From NCBI RefSeq assembly GCF_009914755.1, contig NC_060938.1: a DNA stretch of 64,000 nt; one strand, given 5' to 3'. This stretch comes from the human T2T-CHM13v2.0 reference genome, Homo sapiens. Positions 56,790-64,000 of the stretch are shown piece by piece. The notes beneath the pieces are model-generated. The model worked only from the letters and a program-made list of their open reading frames with translations. It searched no databases and had not been told where the DNA came from. The position numbers and the translations under genes are program-made. How positions within the stretch are numbered: the stretch's first letter is position 1; each line of letters begins with the position of its first letter.

Positions 56790-57700
56790 AGCAAAAAAGA
56801 TCCCATTCCTCCTCTTCTATTTCTTTGCATGGTGAATAGCTCCGCTAGTTACCCAGCCACTAAACAACAACCTGGGAATCAACTTCCTCTCTATTCTGTT
56901 GCCCCTTCCCCCAAACAACCACTCGATCATCAAGATTTCTTCCTCGATTTCATGTTCAGCTCTACATCCAGGGTCTAAATTCACACCTTGGATTTCTGCT
57001 GCCTGAACTAATCCAGCAGTCGCACTCTGTAGCCCTTCAGTCCCTCTTCTGTAGCATGTCCAAAGTGTTCTTTCTAGCAGAACAATGTGATTGTGTTACT
57101 CTTGTACTTGAAATCCCTCAATGTCTTTTTCACTGTCTCTGGGATTTATTCCAGACTCCCTAGCATACATACAGGGACCTCAAGGTCTGGCAGCTGCTCA
57201 GTTCTCCAGCCGTATATCTCTGAATGGTTTCTCTCTCGGCCTCATTTCTCCATCACCCCTCCTCCCAGTAAACACATACACTAGAACCATTGTGAATTTC
57301 TCAGAGTACTTCTTATGGTCTAGGATAGTTTACATTTTTGGGTCCCTTTTGCTGCTCCTCTGCCTATAATTTATCCCTTCCCCTCTTGCCTTCCCTCTAC
57401 CCCCCAAGGCTGGCTCAGCTTTTAAGACTCAATCGAAGTGCCACCACCTCTCTGAAGCCTTTTTCACACTTCACCCTTAGGAAGAATGAAGCATCTTCTT
57501 CCTCTTCTTCCCTTCCATGTCTATAATCCTCAACACATTTTTTTTTTCATGAATTGTCTGCAACACTGTTTGCTTTCGCTAGACTGAAAGATCTTAGGGA
57601 CAAAGTCCAAGTTATGCTCCTTCTGCTGTCTCTAATATCTAGCATCATTCCTGACACTTTAGCAGTATTTCATAAATGTTTATTGACTAAATGCATATTT
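56790..57700 (-). mobile_element. L2 remnant
   Basis: Typical degraded L2 body and tail (tagactgaaagatcttagggac...cataaatgtttattgactaaatg). Confidence 0.65.
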
Positions 57701-57833
57701 ACCTATGCATGAAAGAGTAACAGTTTCAGAGTTTTTGTTAGCTGCATTCCTTTACTTCCTATCAGTTTGGGGAAGTAGATTTAGTATCCACAAAATGATT
57801 GGGGGTCCCCTGTACTGCAAAGATTTGACTTTA

Positions 57834-58135
<302 letters not shown>

Positions 58136-59021
58136 AGAAACAGGCCCGTGAACAGCATCAGCAGTTTCAGCTACTAATACTAGCAGTCTTTGTTCCTCTT
58201 AGAGTGCAGAGAGCTGCTGGTCACTTTTGATCTTTATTAAAACACCCATACACAGTAAGATTGCTTGGGAATCCAAGGCAGAATATATCTGTGTGGTTTG
58301 AGAGAGGACTTTAAAGTGTTAGAGAGTCTAATCTTAGAGCACACTAAAAAGAGAGTAGATACACTACCCCAGGACAGAGATGAAATAATGAATTTGCTGA
58401 ATATTCCATGTGGGCCCTGAACATCAACAGGGCAAGAGAGAAGTCAAGAAATGAAAAGTGCTGGTAAGGTCAGCAAGTACCTATCTTGGCACCCAATGGT
58501 ACCAAGTGACCATTGCATGGACCATGCTCTGGGAGGGCATGAGAAAAATTAAGGGCAAAGGACATTCCCTCAAAGAGTTTACCAGTTTAAAGCTTTAATG
58601 TCACTGAAACTAATATGTCTTCTGTGACAAGCTTTGATGATAAATGTAGACTAAGTTTTTTAAAATCATATAAAAATTTAAAATACTTTGCAAAGCACAA
58701 ACAATTTTCTTAGGCCTGCCTTGGTAGCAAGAACAGTTTGTAATGACTAAAAAGTGAAGAATCTATGGTATATTCATGGTCTAAATCAGATATTGCAAGC
58801 TGGTGCCCTCTGGACTGGAGTCATACGATATTTTCAAATTCAGGAAATTTTAAATAAAAATTAAGATTTCTTACTTGTGATTTCCTTGTGCTCTCAGGTT
58901 AAAATGGTTTATGCAAGACTTGATGGTTTGAAATAAAATTGGCTAAATGGATTCTAGTATAAATGCAAAGGATATTTAACTCACTTGGGAGCTCATAGGC
59001 ATAATGCATATGTTTGTTTAA

Positions 59022-59326
<305 letters not shown>

Positions 59327-59348
59327 TGACTTTGTCTCATAGTTTAGA

Positions 59349-59675
59349 TCTGGGATAAACAAACCTTTTCTGTAAAGGGCCAGAATATTTTAGGCCTTTA
59401 TTTATTTTAGGTTTTGCAGGTCCTATAATCTCTGTTGCAGCTAAACAGCTCTGCCACTGTAGTGTGAAGTCACCATAGATGATACCTGGACAAATGAGCA
59501 TGGCTGTGTTCAATAAAACTTTGTTTATGAACACTGAAATTTGAAATTTATATAATTTCTACATGTCACAAAATTTTTTTTGTCTTTTTTTCAGCTATTT
59601 AAAACTGTAATAACTATTCTGAGCTCATGGGCCATATAAAAACAAGAGATGGACCTCATTTGACATATAGGCCAA
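59349..59675 (+). mobile_element. MER58B (hAT-Charlie)
   Basis: aaaccttttctgtaaagggccag...gcatggctgtgttcaataaaactttg...acactgaaatttgaa. Confidence 0.8.
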
Positions 59676-59735
59676 ATGGACATTGGCTGAGTGTCATTGT
59701 AAAATCTTGGTCTTAGGCTTTTTAGACCTGATTAG

Positions 59736-60200
<465 letters not shown>

Positions 60201-61844
60201 TAAAGGCTAGTCTACATTTCAGACAGCCCAGGTGATGAGGGAGCCTTGTGTTTTCTGTGAGGAACCTTATCCCTTAAGCATCTATATCCCAGTCATACTT
60301 ATGCATGGAAAGGCTAAGTAAAATCTATTAATATCCTAGCTAGAAAGAAAACTATAAAATTACACATAGATGCAAGCTTGTGTGTATTCTGCAGTTCAAA
60401 GTGTAGTCAGCAAAAAAAGCATACACGCTATCGCACTGGGAGGAAATCGGTGTCTTTGAAATCAAATACCCTGCCATTGGCATATCCAGGCTTGAAACTC
60501 AGCTGCAGCTTTTAGCTTCCACCACATGTTTACATTGGAAATCTCTCTGTGCACATATAGAGTTTGTTCTCTTATGAAATCATGTCTCTAGGGAAGGATA
60601 ATTTAAAGCCATTTCCGTTTGTTATGTCTGAGCTGAACTAGACTATTAGGGCTTGTTAACGCTGGATAAACTTGAGCCCTATAACTGCCTTCATCTGCAG
60701 ATTATAGAATCTGTCCAACAAATTGCATTCTGATGTTTTCAGAATGATGGCTAAGCAAGCAAGGGCCTTTTAATTTATATTCTATCACCATGGTTGTCAG
60801 GAATCACAGTTTTGACTTTCATGCTTACTTGGTATAGCAGCGATGATATGACTCTTGAATGGACCAAATCCAGAAGTAATTGAGACACTAAACTGCATCT
60901 GCATGTTACTATAGCAGAGTGAGCAAAGGCTGACAGTCAGAAAATTGCTGGTGAAGCATCTTTCTTCAGAGTGCCTCCCTTCCCCGAGTCTTAGCATAAA
61001 TCAGTGTTAGGTCCACTGAAATATCGTGTGTGGTCTGCATTTAGAAATTTTATTTGAAAATGAGACAGATGGATAAATGAAAACAAGTTTTCTTTAGGCT
61101 AGTGTTAAGTAAATAGAATTAAGTGAAGATAGACAGTTTCCCTGATTTAGTGGAGGGGAGATGGTGGTTGCCCCAGGATATCTAACTCCCTCTGCCTCTA
61201 TTCATCAAATCCACTGAACACATTTGCCTTCAGTTTGGCTTAATATCATTCACCATTTTAGATAGTGGGATACTGGAAGGTAGAAATTACATCTGTTTGA
61301 CTTCTTTTGTGAACCAGTGTAGCAGAACTACCAGTACAACTTAAGTAAAATCACAAATAGGATGGCACCAGGCAATAGTGTGACTATCCAACATGGCATC
61401 CCCTAGCTGGGAAAGGAATCCTTTCTTCATGGCTCTGGCCTTATTTTCAGTAGCTCCACTGAATTCACTTCTTTTCAATAAACTTGTAGAAGGTACTGCC
61501 CTACGCCCTGAGGTTGGGGACAGTGGCAGTGGTAGGATACAGAGACAAGTAAGACATAGACCCTGCCCAAAAGGTGACTGTATACATAAAGCACCCTAAT
61601 CCAGACCAGACTCAAAGAATGCTAGAAATGAAGGGCAGACATAGGACAGTGGCATTTTGAGTAAGAAATAGGGTTTCAACTGGTGGGAGAAAGAAGAACC
61701 TGCTAGACTAAGGGAACAGCATGAACTAAAGACCAGAAGTAGAAAAGTACTACTTTTTGTACCAAAAGTAGAAAAGACCAAAAGTGTTGAGGGAGAATGG
61801 GAATAATTCCTCTCTCTCTCTTTCCTTTTTTCCCTTTATTCTTT

Positions 61845-62640
61845 ATTCAATAATTATTTGATGAATGTTTATGGTAAACCGAACAGACACAGCTCCTGCC
61901 CACACAAAGCTTACAGTCTAGAGGAGGAACAACCAGGAATCAAAGAAGCCCAAAGTAAATAACAAATTACAGCCCTGACCCTTACCTCAAAGGAGAGGGG
62001 TACATTGACTAAGAGAGCGCATTACAGGAGAGTGGAACATACTTTACAAGCCTTTACTGGAGAGATGTCCTGCCACCTGAAGAGAGAGGAGGCATTGATT
62101 AGAGGAGAGCGCTCTATGGAGAGGAGTCAGCGTGGACACTGAGACTGCAAGAGTGAGGGAATGTGCGGGATTAGACCACAGTCAGGGAGCAGAACACAGT
62201 GGGGTTTTTGGTCTTTATTCTAAGAGCAAAGAAAAGCTATTGACCTGTTTCTAGCAAAAGATGGGGTAAGGTAATGAGATTTGCTAGTTGGAAAGATCCC
62301 ACTAGCTGCAGTGTAGAGAATGAATTAGATGGGTGAAGAGGGACCCCTGCCAGGAGGCAGATGCAATTGTCCATGGGGGATATTCTGGTTTCTTTGCACT
62401 GGAGTAATGAGGATGGGGATGAAAAGAAGGGAATATGTTTAAGAGCTGATAATGAGCTTGGCCTTGGCAACACTGAGTTTGATGCACCTTTGAGATACTA
62501 AGGAGACATACCAGGAAGATATAGGTGTACTGGAGCTCACTGAAGAGGTCTGGGCTGGAGATAAACAATTGAGTCATCTCCTTATAGGTGATAATTGAGC
62601 CATAAAAGTGGATAAATAAATATAAGTTGAATGAATGATA
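61845..62640 (+). mobile_element. L2 remnant
   Basis: ttggtctttattctaagagcaa...gaggtctgggctggagataaacaattgagtcatc. Confidence 0.65.
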
Positions 62641-64000
62641 GAATTAATGAATAGATGGTATTGGGTGAGGAAAGAGCACAGAGTAACGAGGGCTTAAACA
62701 ACGTTGTGGTGCTGTATTTCTGTAACTATTACTTATCAGTTGTGAGACTGGACAAAGTGATTTTCCTCTGGCCAGGTCTGATGCCTCCTATGGACACATT
62801 CTGAAAGCCAGCAGGAACCTAGAAAGTGACCAGGCCACCCCCTTGCCCACATAGAAACATGTCTGCTAACTCTTCCACCTTACCAATAGGTGGATTCCAA
62901 GAGTTCACATAAAAGGTGGTTGTTTGGATTGTAGAAGTCTCTTCCCAAAAGAAACTCCTACTTTCCTAGGGAGATGCCACCATAGACCCTAATTAACCAA
63001 GGTCCTTTCTGTGAGACATTATGTTCAATAGGACCTTGAGGTGTTACAAACTATTTCCTCACAGATGCCTGGGCATAGGCCTGGACTCTTCCCCAGAATC
63101 CTCCCATCCCACTTGCCAGGCACTGAGAAACAGGACTTTCCACTTGTTTGTCACTGGCAAGGACTTCATGGCTTCAGAGAGGGAGCTCCAGGGGTTTCTG
63201 GGACACTTACCAGTATAAATTCCCTGAGGTTCTTCTAAGTCTGTGCTTGAATTCATTCATTCATTCCCTTCTTATCTTTTCTGAGGACCCCAAGAATTGG
63301 CCTGCCTGTGTCCTTTGCTTTTACTTGCAGCAGGTGGGGGTCTGGCACGGTCGGGGGAAGGGTTTTGATGGGAAAAGTGAGGCTGGTACTATTTTTCCTC
63401 CCATGTTTAGCCTATAGAGTATAGTCATAAAACTTTTCCTCAATGTTTCAGTCCTGAAGCAAGCGCACAGCTCATTGGAAGTTTCTAAGGATTTTTATTA
63501 TTAGCAATGTCAGAAAGCAAGTTGAAAGCAAAACAGCCCCCTCTGGGCCTCTTCCCTAGCCTTTCCTTATTTTGTGTTGCTTTCCTCACACCCAGGAGGA
63601 ACACATATCCCAATTCCTGAGGACAGTCCTGATTTGCAACTGGCATCGTGGCACAACTGCCAATAGTACCACCTTTAAAAAGTTTAGACACTGAATTATG
63701 GTCATGCTACTTAACCCCATAAAGAAAAATAAAGTAATGCATTGGGGGTAATAGTGGATTTACAAAAGACTACAATAATCTCGATCTGCATTTTAGCGAG
63801 AGGATATGAGCCACAGAGTGATTTCTTTGGTATTTTGTCCCAACAGCTGGACTGGGCCTCTATGTGTGTAGGTGAGAGATGGGGTACAGAGAGGAGGACT
63901 TGTGGGAAGTGCTGGAATATCAGGGCTAGAATATTGCCACAGAAATGTGTCTATTTTTTCTCCTGTCTCTTTCTCAGTAACCAGATCTACCTTGGAAGAC

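Overview
Human (primate) genomic DNA, not prokaryotic. The only coding sequence is a 97-nt internal exon at 2320-2416 (+), encoding VILTNQITTHLSGALASQADLVSPADDLSLSE(G), which I recognise as RAD51B (exon 8 by my recollection; 14q24.1). The remainder is RAD51B intron. It contains about 25 Alus, L1/L2/L3 and MIR fragments, LTR elements (MER9, MER34/39-like, MST, MLT1, LTR33), DNA transposon fossils (MER2, Tigger2, MER53, MER58, MER5, MER63), a full-length processed RPL7A pseudogene (-) and TE-poor stretches that may be enhancers. I see no convincing new protein-coding system; nearly all listed ORFs are Alu-derived or chance. The most unusual signals are non-coding structures. The strongest is a ~400-bp inverted repeat (about 5012-5408 / 6327-6706) whose inner 90 bp are 96% identical, around a 918-bp motif-rich spacer. 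Others are a perfect 21-bp hairpin, several locally templated direct duplications, a candidate in-frame 27-nt microexon and atypical retro-insertions. Repeat family names come from recalled consensus sequences, and boundaries of old repeats are approximate.
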